Positions 1 to 12,041 of a stretch of DNA of 64,000 nucleotides are shown here, piece after piece. Origin of the DNA: Tubulanus polymorphus (lineage: Eukaryota; Animalia; Nemertea); contig NC_134029.1 of assembly GCF_964204645.1 (NCBI RefSeq), forward strand, positions 7,218,850 to 7,282,849, written 5' to 3'. How positions within the stretch are numbered: the first letter of the stretch is position 1; each line of letters starts with the position of its first letter. The notes beneath the pieces were generated by a model. That model was not told the DNA's origin, ran no database searches, and saw only the letters and a list, made by a program, of their open reading frames with translations. A program made the translations under genes and the position numbers.

Positions 1-2697
1 CTGCTAATTACACGTTGGGATTATTTTGATTATTTTCAACGGATAAAACCTGATAATGCAGGATGAAAATTAAAAGATTGGAAAAAGGGCTTTTATTCTA
101 CCTACTTGTGGCAGTTTCATTAACGAATGACGTACTGGTATTCGAGTTAAATTGATTGAAATGACGTAGGCTACTGGTCTTTCGAGTTAAGAATAATACT
201 GATTCAAATGACTTTTTTGAATCTGCCTTCACAAATATAGAAGCGTATGCCCACTAAGTTCAGACGTTCTGACGCCATCCGTAGTATTGTTTATATCTCG
301 AGTGTTTTTTTATTTTGTTTCTTTTCCAATATGATTTTGCAAAATGCCAATATATACACGCAGCAATACATTGTTTTCATTAGTTCGACTTCGAGATCAG
401 TTTCAAGAAGAAAATACCACAATAGATACCGCCGAAGCAATTATGCAATAGATCACTTGATGAATTGCCCGTCAATGTCGCCAGGACAACAAGATACATA
501 TATACAAATCGGCTAGGGGGAAATAATCAACATTTTGTTTGGGTGCACATGCGCTGAATTATTATTTCGTTTTTCATATATCAACGAACGGCTTAGTTTT
601 ATCGGGGCGGGGGGTGGCAGCGCTCGACCTCCCTGATTTTATTATCTAGTCGGTGAATTCACAATGAACGGATCGTAGAATATCTGATTATTAAAATCCG
701 TTAGTTCTGCAAAGTATCAGCACGGGAGTATTATGGGCCAAGTAACATGCTAGCCGAATATGGGTTCGAATCTAAGGCTTGAATGCGAGGTTAATGTCAT
801 CGGAAGGACTAGCGATTCACTATTGATTCAAATATGATACGAGTAGCCATGCAATTCATAGGCTTTCAATCATTTATTAATGAAATAATCGAAATATGAC
901 TAAACGTGCGCGATTGGTTTTCAGTGAAATGATGGATATATTGACCACTTTCTGTTTACGTGATATATTAAAGTGTCGTGTCTGGGAAATGCTGGGTAGT
1001 TTGCCTATACGATCAATCAGTAACGTTTTCAGTCATATTTGCAGACTCTTGGCTGAAGTGTTTTCTTTTATGGTTTATACCATATATGCATTCTATGATT
1101 AGAAAGAATGTCCATAATTAGACAAAAATGAAAGATCTGATGACGAAAAGTGAGGATTTGACTCAAGGAGAAATGGTATTCTCTATGTTAGAAATAAGTC
1201 TGATGGCATAAGCCATCAATAAGCCTACGTTAGTAGGCCACAGGACCCCAAACATAGTACCTAGAATGAACAACGGTTTCCCAGTAAAGTTGCCATACTT
1301 CCAAAATTAGGAAAGATGACGAAAACCGTTATCATGAAGTATGTAATCCGTGTATACTAAAAAGACAAATTGATCATGAAATAGTTCCCAGAAACTATTA
1401 TGCCTTGAGTGAAAGTACCAAACATGGAGGATTCCCTACATCATTTAGCTCTAGAGTACTAAATGTACTTGTACACCTGTATTGGAATACCCATCCTTTC
1501 TCAAGGTCAAGATCAAGGTTTGATTATTTCAACAGATTGGTTAAGTATGTGAGCGCAATTGTGGTAATAGGAATATTTATGTTCATCATTGTTATCTTCA
1601 TCATCTTCATGGACTGATGGTTGAAATTTCAAAAGATGAGTCAAAAGCAAAAATGTATAGTTTAAGTTTTCAATGGTGGAAAATACTATGACCGTTCTCC
1701 TCCTACTGAAAGTAAACTTTCACTTCTAACACGGCAAATGATGGTCATGGTATACCTTTTACTGCGCTAAAAGGTCTCCATGTCAATCATAACCCATCGA
1801 AAGAGTACGAAGAGAAATGCATAAAGTACGGGAACAGGCTAAAATCGTTTTCCTTTTTCTTTTTGTCGACCGTAATCTCTATACATATCCCATTAGCAAT
1901 GGACATTGAGAGTGGCGGGAAATGGAGTGGCAGGAAACAGCAGTGGCAACAGTGGAAAGTGTGTCAGAATTTAACCAGCTTTTCTATCGCACATTTATCG
2001 AATATCGTTCATCTTTTAGACGTGATTTCAGTCGGAACAAACAATATACAACGTACCTAGGACCACCTCTCATTAAGAGATTGTTTATATGAATGGCAGA
2101 AAAATGAACAAATATTCTCCATTCTTACCAAATTCATTTTAGCTGAAGGTATGAAATTACAGCTGAAGGTATGATACATGTCTTAACTATTCTGCTACAC
2201 AGAAGAAGCAAATATGGGGAAATGATGCAAACGGGGATGGAAAACAGCCAAATCTTTCTAGCTCAATTTCTAGCGTTTTTTTCCCTCCGTATTATATACA
2301 ATATTTGATCCCATGTTCCAACGCTTTTCGAATTCGGTACCCTTACGATTGCCTGGTAACCAGGCATCGTATGCACGGATAAGTGGAAAAGTTCGGCCCT
2401 CAAGCGTGCAGGGTAAGCCTACAGGTTATCATATGTAGATTTCAAACCATTACTTTGTGTAAGTTTGGTAACAGGTTGAGGATCTAACTACAGCCCTAGT
2501 CTACACGATCAGCATTAAAATTCTCCACCGATCTTAATCGGCAGAAGAATCATTCAAGCAAATGTAAAAAAAAAACTGGTTTTCAACATTCTTGCAATGA
2601 ATAATTCAAAACCAAAACGAAAATGAATCTAAGTAAGAAGTAACACGTGTTTGATGATAGACTGACTACAAACAGTTATAGATCAGGCCGAACATAC

Positions 2698-3202
2698 CTA
2701 TCGTGGACACTACCGTTACAGAAAACATAAGTGATCCGGCCCATGACCACTTATTGGAAATTCCTCCCGGCTCACCCAGAAGTGAGCAATTTACGTCCAG
2801 GTCAAGGGCCACGACATTGTGACGAAATCGTTGCAGAACTTTTACCATCGACACTTTCGTATCGTATTCGTCGTTTCCTTGTTGAGTGATGTCGTACAGT
2901 CGGTTGGTCGTGTCATTTTCCTGTATGACATATTTATCATATTTGTTAAAACATTCGCTTTTTTCGTTCGTCTTTTCGAGATGCTCGAATATGAAGCCTC
3001 CCATCACCGAATACAGACACACCATCAGAAACAAACCCACGTGCGAGAACAGAAACTTGAGAAACTTCTTGCAAACTCCGATGCATTTTTTGCGTTTTTG
3101 TTCTTTGCCAGTGTCAGTCACGGCCACGTCGGGCGGTGGCATCGTTGGCGGCGGTTGTTTCTCCATTCTATCCAGATTTCTATTGTGAACGCTGTTGGAC
3201 AT
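2698..3202 (-). CDS. K2P (TWIK/TWK-family) potassium channel variable exon A: N-terminus, M1, cap, P1 pore helix (partial CDS)
   Basis: ATG at 3202 (MSNSVHNR...). M1 FLFSHVGLFLMVCLYSVMGGFIFEHLE; pore helix WSWAGSLMFSVTVVSTIG. Ends ACG ATA G|GTATGT, a phase-1 donor in the filter Gly codon. Confidence 0.9.
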
Positions 3203-5135
3203 TCCGTCGTGTATCCGATGTAAGTGACCAGAAAATCTCGTCAAAACGATGAAAAATCGTAGAAAGTTACGAAGACATCAGCGGCGGCCGGGCTTCGCCA
3301 TTCAGTGCACATAATCTTATCCTTCAACGCTCCGATCTCGAACACGTGCTAACTTCTTAGCATCGTTCTGACTATTTATCTTAATCTAGAACATTTACAT
3401 ATAATCTTTGATTTGTCAGCTTAGTCAACGCGACTACCAACTAGCATATCATAATCGGGATTCGTGATGAATTAGAATTATCTTGAATGATGCTTATTCT
3501 CGACTTCACCGATAGCTATTAAGTTCACGTCAAAGAGTTGATCACGACTTAAAACCGATAGCTATAAATGTTTAAATTACATCGTTCTGGAAATATCGCT
3601 CTAATATAGCCGACCGGTTTGAAGCTATCAATTTTTCTGGTTCCACGCAGAACACGTTCGTAAGAGAGGGTTTCTATGACGACATACGATGCCACGCCGA
3701 TCGAACAACGCATGCGCTTCCGTCCGATGCAGCGACGGCGGTCCACGTCCATATGCGACAGTCAGCGTTGTAGCATAGCGACGACGTTTCAAACGAGGAA
3801 GAAGATATGAATTATTGTGGTTTCCCACAAAACATTTCAGAATCTTGCACTAAACCACCTTTGTCAATTCGCGAATGTTTTTTTTATTACCATCGCTATC
3901 AAGGGCGGCTATTTTTCTGGTGGCCAACTTATGGAGGGTAATGTTTAACGTCATAGGGGCAACCCAGCAAAGCGAGCGCAGCCAAAGTACAAAGCTCAGA
4001 AAGATGGTTCTAGGGGCGTTCTTCCTCCCGCAGGAAATTTAAATTTTGAGTCTCCTGAGGCGCCTTTCTAGGCATTCTAAAACATTTTTGAAAACAATGA
4101 TTCACGAATCGTCGGATATGTATAAAGAATCAGCATAAATTCAAGCCAAAATAATACGGCCATATTTTCTTTCAACATATTTGATAGCACCTCAGAAACA
4201 TTAGGGTGGACCAGACCCCTTTGGTCGTCCCTTGGATATTCATTTATAGAAGAAATTTATTGCAAATTTTGATATCTTTCAGCAGCATCAATATAATTGC
4301 AATTGCGGCGGGGGGTAATAAAGACTTTATGTCTAAACCTGAAAGCAATTTACTAATCATGATTTTTTTCTAGATTGCTATGATGATTGTGATTTGGTGA
4401 TCGAGACTGAAGAAATTTTCGCAGACAACCATTTAGATCGCCGCGTTTTACGCCGTGAGACTATAGCCTTATCCTAGTGCCGGTTCTCTAGGTACACACT
4501 GAAGGAAATAAAAGCTAAAACTTGTTCAAGGTTGCAACGAATAACTCTTTCTCTTTTTTCATTCGCTTGGCAAACAATTCCAAGTTCATCATTCATTTTA
4601 CGCCAAAGAATCTGAATAAGAATGTAAGGATGAAAAAAAAATAAAACAAAATGTATCGTGGAGAAATTATCAATTTGTGTTCAATTGAAGCTCACGTCAT
4701 CGATTCGATGTTAGGCAACGGATCGTAAAGGAAAACGGACTGAGATGTTGCAAGAACACATCCGCCATCTATGAAAATATCTCAATCGGTGCAGTAATCG
4801 TGCCAAAACTCTCGTGTTCTTTTACAACCATTAATTAAAAATGTAAGATCAGCTTCATGCAACGAAATCACCAGCTATCAATTTCATCCGGCTCACGTTA
4901 GAATAATTATACGGACATCACTTAAAAATGTTTGGGACCGTTCTAGTCGCTGGTTAGGCGAGATACGTAATGAATAGAACTATGTACTAACCGGCTCTCC
5001 GAATCAGTACGAAACTTATTGTAAGGGAATATTACATTTACCTTTGCAGGTTTTATCAATTTATTTGTGAAAAAGATGATCAGATATAAAAGGTCTATAG
5101 AAATATAAGAAGACCCATCGTCAGTGAATTCTTAC

Positions 5136-5667
5136 CAATTGTACTAATCACTGTTACAGCAAACAGTATGGATCCAGTTAGCGACCATTTATAAGGTACG
5201 CCTCCAATTTCACCGATTTGCGTACAGTTTACATCCCAGTCAAGAGCGTATACGTTATCGCGAAACTTTTCTAGAAGTAATGACATCGATGCCTTGGTGT
5301 CTTCTTCTCCCAAACCTTGTGTAGCGATCTCGTAGAAGTGATTGGTAGTGATATTCTCCAAATCACGGTATTTGTAATAGATAATGAAACAGGCACTTTT
5401 TTCGTTCGGTTTTTCCAGATGCTGGAATAGAAACCCGCCCGACGTCGCGTAGACTATCACAATCACAAACAACCCGAGGTGTGAAGACATCACTTTACAA
5501 GTTTTCTTAGCGCAAATTATGATCTTGCGTTTTCTATCATTTGGTCGTCCGTCTAAAGGTTCCTCGTCGCCACAGCGATCGACTACGACGTTTGATCTCA
5601 TCCTTGTCGGTGGTACAGGGCCGGTCATCGGCGGCGGTTTATGCAATTGTTTGTCCCCTTCGTCCAT
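5136..5667 (-). CDS. K2P potassium channel variable exon B (partial CDS)
   Basis: ATG at 5667 (MDEGDKQ...). M1 SHLGLFVIVIVYATSGGFLFQHLE; WSLTGSILFAVTVISTIG. Ends ACA ATT G|GTAAGA, same phase-1 donor. Confidence 0.9.
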
Positions 5668-7480
5668 TTTATCGATTAAACCACACAACTTATTATCGAA
5701 TATATACGACTGTTACCTTAACGATATTTTTTCGGATTAAATATCTAATTTCCAATGAAAATAATCAACGTGATATCCAAGAAGTGGCCTCTCCATCGAG
5801 TGTCGATATTACATTTATCCATGATCCAATTCGTCACTGGTTAGTTACAGTCGCAATCGCTAAATTATTGAAAACGGTCAACAAAAACCGTGGTGCAACT
5901 ACTCGAGCTAAAACCAAATACTAGAATAACCCTTGAAAAACATACGCCGCCTACTGATTGAATCATTGCATGTCAAACGCTCTAATTGAGTGTTGTTTTA
6001 AGCATATATGTATATGCATACATTCGGGATGTGTTACGATGGATACCATCAGTTATATGACACTTGGGACCAGAGGAAACTACTCAATGTTGCTTCACTC
6101 ACGTTTTGCTAATTTCGAGCTCATGAAATATTTATTTCCTTCGAAATCGTAATTGTTTTTAATGGATAGGAATGCGCAAATCATTCGTCTACTCGCTGGC
6201 GATCCGCCCAATGTTCGGTCGAGAGAGTGAAGTGAAGGCCTAGTTCGAATAAATTACTTATCATTGTCATAGACATAGAAATATTGCGATAACCATTTGG
6301 TTCTCATCATTTTTCGATTTCTATGAAAACGATAATAGATTCCAAACCAGGGCGAGTTAGACGACTATTTGCGAAAGTGAAACCGAATGTCAATTAGTCG
6401 GAACTATAGTCCGTATTTGCTCCGATCACTAGTCGACTAATAACGAAATCTGCGTAGGCATTGCATTAGGGGAACTGCATACGATGCGTGTCGTGCGCCA
6501 CCCGTTCCTCTAAGGCACACGAGCTGAAAAATACGTAGGCAAAGTTTTTTCGATATTAGGATACAATTATCATGCTTTTTGGATCCTCTTTCATTAGGGA
6601 AGCGTCCCTTTCCACGGGAAAGATGTGCCCTTAGTGAGCGAACCCCCTGAAATTTTCAAAATGCCCTTCATAGAGTCCGCCAAAAAAATTCTGGTCAAGA
6701 TTTTTCGAAATTTGGATACATTTTTGGATCTAACCTTTTTCAATAAGAAACTGACTCTTTTCACGGTGAAAATGCGTCCTCTTTCTTGGAATAGAACTGC
6801 CCCTCAAAAGACCCATTATCGCTTTTGTTATCTGTTATCTGAAAGCCCTAGAAAACCTGGTAGAAATCTGTTTAGGTGTTGAAAGTAGTTTAGGAGCCTT
6901 AGGCTTTCTGTGAAAGAAAAAAGAAAACCTTAATTACCATGCAATAATGTTGACTAACTTGGCAAAAACTAGTCCCCCTAAATCCGCCCCTAGTTGATTG
7001 ATACTCAAAAGCTGATGATATTGGCTATATTTTCTTTTATAAGCATATCAAACACAACAATCGTTGATTCATAACACGAATCTAACTTTCTATATGATAT
7101 GCAAAATTCACTTGTGTGCGAGGCTTGCATTGATTAAAAAGAACTTTAAGGTGATTTTTTGGCATTACGTCAATTTATTTAAATTCCTATCGAGTTAAAC
7201 GGAAGACTACGTTGAAATGATGAAAGAAGCAGAAAAGAAATGATAATTTGTTTTTATCCGAGTTGGTCGCGTTCATCTTCGGCAAAGTTTTACTTCTTAC
7301 TTAGAATATTTACTGCAATTTCTATAAACGATTTACTTGGTATGTAGAGTATATATGTGTACATGCAAAAATTCTTGAACGATTGAAATTATTTCATCTC
7401 TAAGTGAAGTAATATCCCAATTCAGAAACTTTTTTACTGACAGAGAAAGGTATCGAGTTTTTTTAAAGAAAATAACCTAC

Positions 7481-8045
7481 CAACAGTTGACGTGACGGTA
7501 ACTGCAAAAAGCAAAGAGCCAGGAATCGACCATAAGTATGGATCTCCACCAGGCAGCCCAAGCAGATCGCAATCTAAGCCCCAATAATCCAAAGCATATA
7601 CATCGCTCCTAAATCGATCGGCAATCCGATGCAATGACACGAAAATATCCTTTTCATCCAGTCCTGAGGTAGTTATTTCCCAAATAGCTTTTATGGTACG
7701 ATTTTCTAGAGCGAAATACTTGGCTGTGACGTCATAACATTCCCATTTCTCGTTCGGCTGTTCTAATCTGGCGAAGATGTAGGCCCCAGCGATTGTATAA
7801 GCTATAACGAGTGCGATTACGATGACATATTTCATAAAAACTTTGAACGCTTCTTTCAGCGTCTTTTTAGCTTCTTCTTTTTTGTCCGATGTCGGCGTAC
7901 TTTCATTCGTATCTGCGGGTGTTATGTCTGGTGTTGAAACTCTTCTTGTGGGTGGTTTCGGCGGTCGCGTAGGTATAATCGACAACTGATCCTGTGACGA
8001 CGAGTATTCTGAGCAATAAACCCAATTTTCGTCCCTCTGATGCAT
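7481..8045 (-). CDS. K2P potassium channel variable exon C (partial CDS)
   Basis: ATG at 8045 (MHQRDENW...). M1 YVIVIALVIAYTIAGAYIFARLE; WSIPGSLLFAVTVTSTVG. Ends ACT GTT G|GTAGGT, same phase-1 donor. Confidence 0.9.
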
Positions 8046-9599
8046 TTTGTATCCCTACGTAAGTTCCTTTTTGGATATTATCATTCGCAGTCAGAGAAAA
8101 TTGTTTCAGAAAGGACAACTTCCCAAATATTCCAGATTTTGTAACTTTATGCATGCAAATGACAAAAATAACTATCCCTATCGCCCCTCTTAGCACTCTT
8201 AACGCACGGCACTATGACCTCTCTTGGCTCTGTCCAGTGCTATCCTGAGGAAACGTTTCATGTCTGTAATGGTGTTGCAACTAATGGCCACAAACGCGCA
8301 ATTGAAGCACACATAAAACAATTTTTCCTGATAATTGAATATGAAGAAACATCTATATTCATGCGAAAAAGGTACTTCAAATTTGTTTGCCGTCGATTCG
8401 CCATGGCAAACCCCCCTGAACAGTCATCTAATATTCAGACGAATTGCGCCGGTACACATTCTGTTTTAAAAAATTAATTATTTCAACCTATAATGAATGA
8501 CTATGATGAGCCGTTAGTTATTGGAAAAGTAGCACTTTCGATATCGCCTATTCAATAAATACCCAGTTCCGCCGAACATAGTGACGACAATTTGGCGTTT
8601 GCTGTTAATTTCTACCATACGTACACCCTCTCAAAACAGTTCGCGCAACAAGCAGATTGATATTTGAGACTAACAGCAATGGACGTCCATCCAATATATG
8701 AACATGTGTACGTACGTCAAATCAGTTACCGTTTAATTCATACATTCACCGGATTTCTGCTCTCTTCAAAAATGATAATTTATCTAAATTTATTTATAAG
8801 TAAAAGGAACTAAATATGTTTTGAAATCATTTCGGGGTCATTGAGTTTTTGAATGGGAATTTTGATGATGAAAACTTATTATCAATCCTTTTGCAACACC
8901 ACTATTTGTTGCATTTTAAATTTTCGTGATGTGGGTTTCTGAAATAAAGACGATTTTTCCTCTAGTAGCTTTATATACTAACAAAGAAGGTTAGAATTTA
9001 GACGCTTAAGGACACATTTACACCGAAAGAACCTATACATGGAGTCTCAGAAAATGTGTTACCCGAGCTTTATGAAATGGTACACGGTAATAATGCCAGA
9101 GGTAAAAATGCCATAGGTTATATATTTCTTGTTTTAGGTTCGATTCCATTCTCATATCCATTCAGAAACACGGTAGTGTTCAGATGCATGGTTAATCATT
9201 GTATTTCAATGATACGTCCTCGTGCAAACATCCAGGTATACCAACTTAACCCCCCCCCCCAAAAAAAAAAATAATTAATCTCAATAGTTATGGTAGTTAA
9301 TAAATAATCAGTCTTAAAGCTTCGGTTACACATTTCTGAGATGCTTTGTATATAAATATCTATTAAATTGAATATTACTATCGGATATAGTATACAAAAC
9401 GATATCAATGACATAAGTTTATAGGGAAACATAATACATGGTAAAAGTAAAAGAATACCAATAAATTCATTCATTATTCATATCTAAAGGACACGGTTAA
9501 CCAATCGATTTTCTCGCTAGAAAAGTAACACGTTTGAATTACTTTTATACATCATCTGAATTTCTCTATTCGCTGGGTATTTACGTACTTCGAACTCAC

Positions 9600-10113
9600 C
9601 TATTGTTGTAGTAACAGTGATAGAGAACATAAGCGCTCCCGACATTGACCAACCAAGCGGCTTCGAACCCGGCTCGCCGAGGGTCGAACAGTTGCCGTCC
9701 CAATCAAGAGCGACCGTGTTCGATTTGAATCGATCGAGAATTTTCATGATAGATCTTTTGATTTCCTCTTCGTCGTTTCCGAATGTGGTCACATCGTACA
9801 GGCGATTGGCCGTATCGTTTTCTTGGTATACATATTTCAAATATTTGTCGTGACATTCGCTTAACTCGTTGTGCAACTCGAGGTGGCTAAACACGAATGC
9901 GCCCATCACCGCATACAGGCAGACGACAAAAAGCATACCGACATGTTTGAAACAGACTTTACAGAATTCTTTCGCTCGAACTTTGAGTCGGATCACCGAA
10001 AAAACGTTGTCGGAATTATCTTCCTCGATTATATCGCCGTTGCCGCCGGCGGTTCGAGGTTGGGTCATCCGCCGATCCATGTTCACGTCAACGCTTGACA
10101 TCATAATAGACAT
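9600..10113 (-). CDS. K2P potassium channel variable exon D (partial CDS)
   Basis: ATG at 10113 (MSIMMSSV...). M1 KHVGMLFVVCLYAVMGAFVFSHLE; WSMSGALMFSITVTTTIG. Ends ACA ATA G|GTGAGT, same phase-1 donor. Confidence 0.9.
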
Positions 10114-12041
10114 GATGATTCTCTTTCGCCTTGACGATATAGAAGTAAGTTCCTGGTGTACCCGATTTCAGCGGCTACTTTTCAAAACATAAGCCTACAC
10201 AATATGTATTCCTTAACCAGGATGAAAAACAAATATTATCGGAGTATATCGTCACTGCATGACGCCTTCAGTATGATTTTTGTTAATGCGTTTATTTCCG
10301 CTATCAAATGAAATTGAACACCAATAAACGCCGAGAAAACTAGAAGTCGCTCTTCAGAAAATGAAAACCCCGCTAAAGTACTATTAGATTTGCATAACGG
10401 AGTAAATCGTATATATTCTCTATATTCCTCGTATATACAGACTATGCAACCCTAGTTGGTTAAAACGATCAGCAAACTTTCGATGAAACCGTAGTTGTCA
10501 ATCTGGCCTTACGAAATGGTATTCGAATGTTAAACGCTCTTTGAGAATATAGCCGTTGAACAAGTTACATTGCGGGTAATGAAACATTTTTAGCGACCGA
10601 ACAATATGTTTCAAGTGTCATTGATTTCCTTTGATACATTATTGGCCACCGATAATTAATAATTCGTTATCCGCGATGTCATAAATTCTTCGCGTTCGTT
10701 GAAATTTCTCTAGCAATTTGAAACGTACTCTATAGGCCTTGACCCATCTCGCTAACCACTCCAACCACCGATTACGGCAAAGAAATTAATAATCTAGAGG
10801 GAATTGTAATCTCTATCTAACTAAGATAATTGTAGAGAGAAATCATTTTGAAATCGTATCGGCATATTTTCAATTTGCTTCGAGCGCATGGTACTTGACA
10901 GATTTATTGCGACAGCGCGATCACATATGTGCTCTATTCGCTCTCAACGTAGTGCAATCTATCTCTTGGTTCAATGAGCTGGTTTTAGTACTCGTGCTTC
11001 TTCAAATGGGGATGGCGAAGGATGATACTTGGTTTCGTTATTCCCTCAATACTCGCCCACCAAAATGCTAGTAATGTTAGGCTCTTGAAAGTTCGCCGGA
11101 GAAGGGTGATGATGACACTCTAGGGTATGATCGCTTGCCAGGGTTTGATTGCCTCCTTCCATAGCTCACGCCAATACTTGCTGTAACTAACCAAGCGGAC
11201 TCAATCATGCGAGAAGCGTAGGAACAAAACTATGGCAGGCCTGTTGGAGCTGTTCCGACTCTGGCATGCGAATCGTTGGCTGGAAGGAATGGATTGGGGA
11301 CTCTAGGTAACACTGGTATTACGGAGCAATCCTTATGGCGCTCCACCGAGCACTATTTCCGTAACTAACCAGGGTAGCCTTCGAATCTGTCAAATACTGG
11401 TACATCATTTAGGATTTTATTAGCGAAAATTGTCTTATTTGCTAGCATTGAATGGTAAAAAAGCTTTTAGTTCATCTTCGATTTGTCTATTTGGTTCCAA
11501 CCGGGTCGTTTATATTGTGCTTTTCATTTCCATCAAGAAGTTACGACTCAAAAACATTGCCCTGTCAGATTAAAACTAAAGTACAATTCAATCAAATTTC
11601 ATCAGGGCTAAAAGTAGACTTCTATCGAACTTTTTACATTTGAGTTCCAGTTTCACAAAAATATTAAGCTTACGGTGGTTCAATCACAATTTGTTAAATG
11701 ATTTTATTTAGGACCATCTAATGAGTGAGTTCTTGTCATAATAGGCCTACTTACTACTCGTTAATGTTGCCCGGCATAATTTTACAAGAATTAATTTCAT
11801 TCGGATTATTTTTTTTGCAGAGAGTGACGGCATTAAAGGATTATATCTATCTATTCCATAAAGTAAGAATTACACCACAGTTTTGTGGATAGTGGATGTT
11901 TTAGTAGTAGGCTGCAGTATCTGTGATATTTATTCTGCTGAAATCGAGGCGAAATAAACCCAGCCACACGGATCATATTTGTTTTACCGGTGATTGAAAG
12001 CAATGATGTGTTTTTCATGATGTACTGGATAATACAACAGC

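Noticed and set aside
85-200. Possible fifth K2P variable exon ending at ...GTAG|GTAGAA near position 100
   Set aside because: No pore-helix (W...SL.F..TV..T) translation in any frame I tried. The region holds a short imperfect duplication (gaatgacgta..ctggt..ttcgagttaa).
1160-1300. Minus-strand frame YGNFTGKPLF...PTNVGLLMAYAI, superficially like the K2P constant exon (YGN..P.T..G)
   Set aside because: The only adjacent AG gives phase 0, but the variable exons need phase 1. Motif spacing is wrong, there is no GIP in M2, and the frame soon stops.
2666-10113. Reading the four K2P ORFs as standalone single-exon truncated proteins
   Set aside because: Similarity ends exactly at a GT donor in all four, and the tails beyond are short unrelated intron read-through.
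2819-10192. Plus-strand ORFs overlapping the K2P exons
   Set aside because: Antisense shadows of real coding exons with no recognisable motifs.
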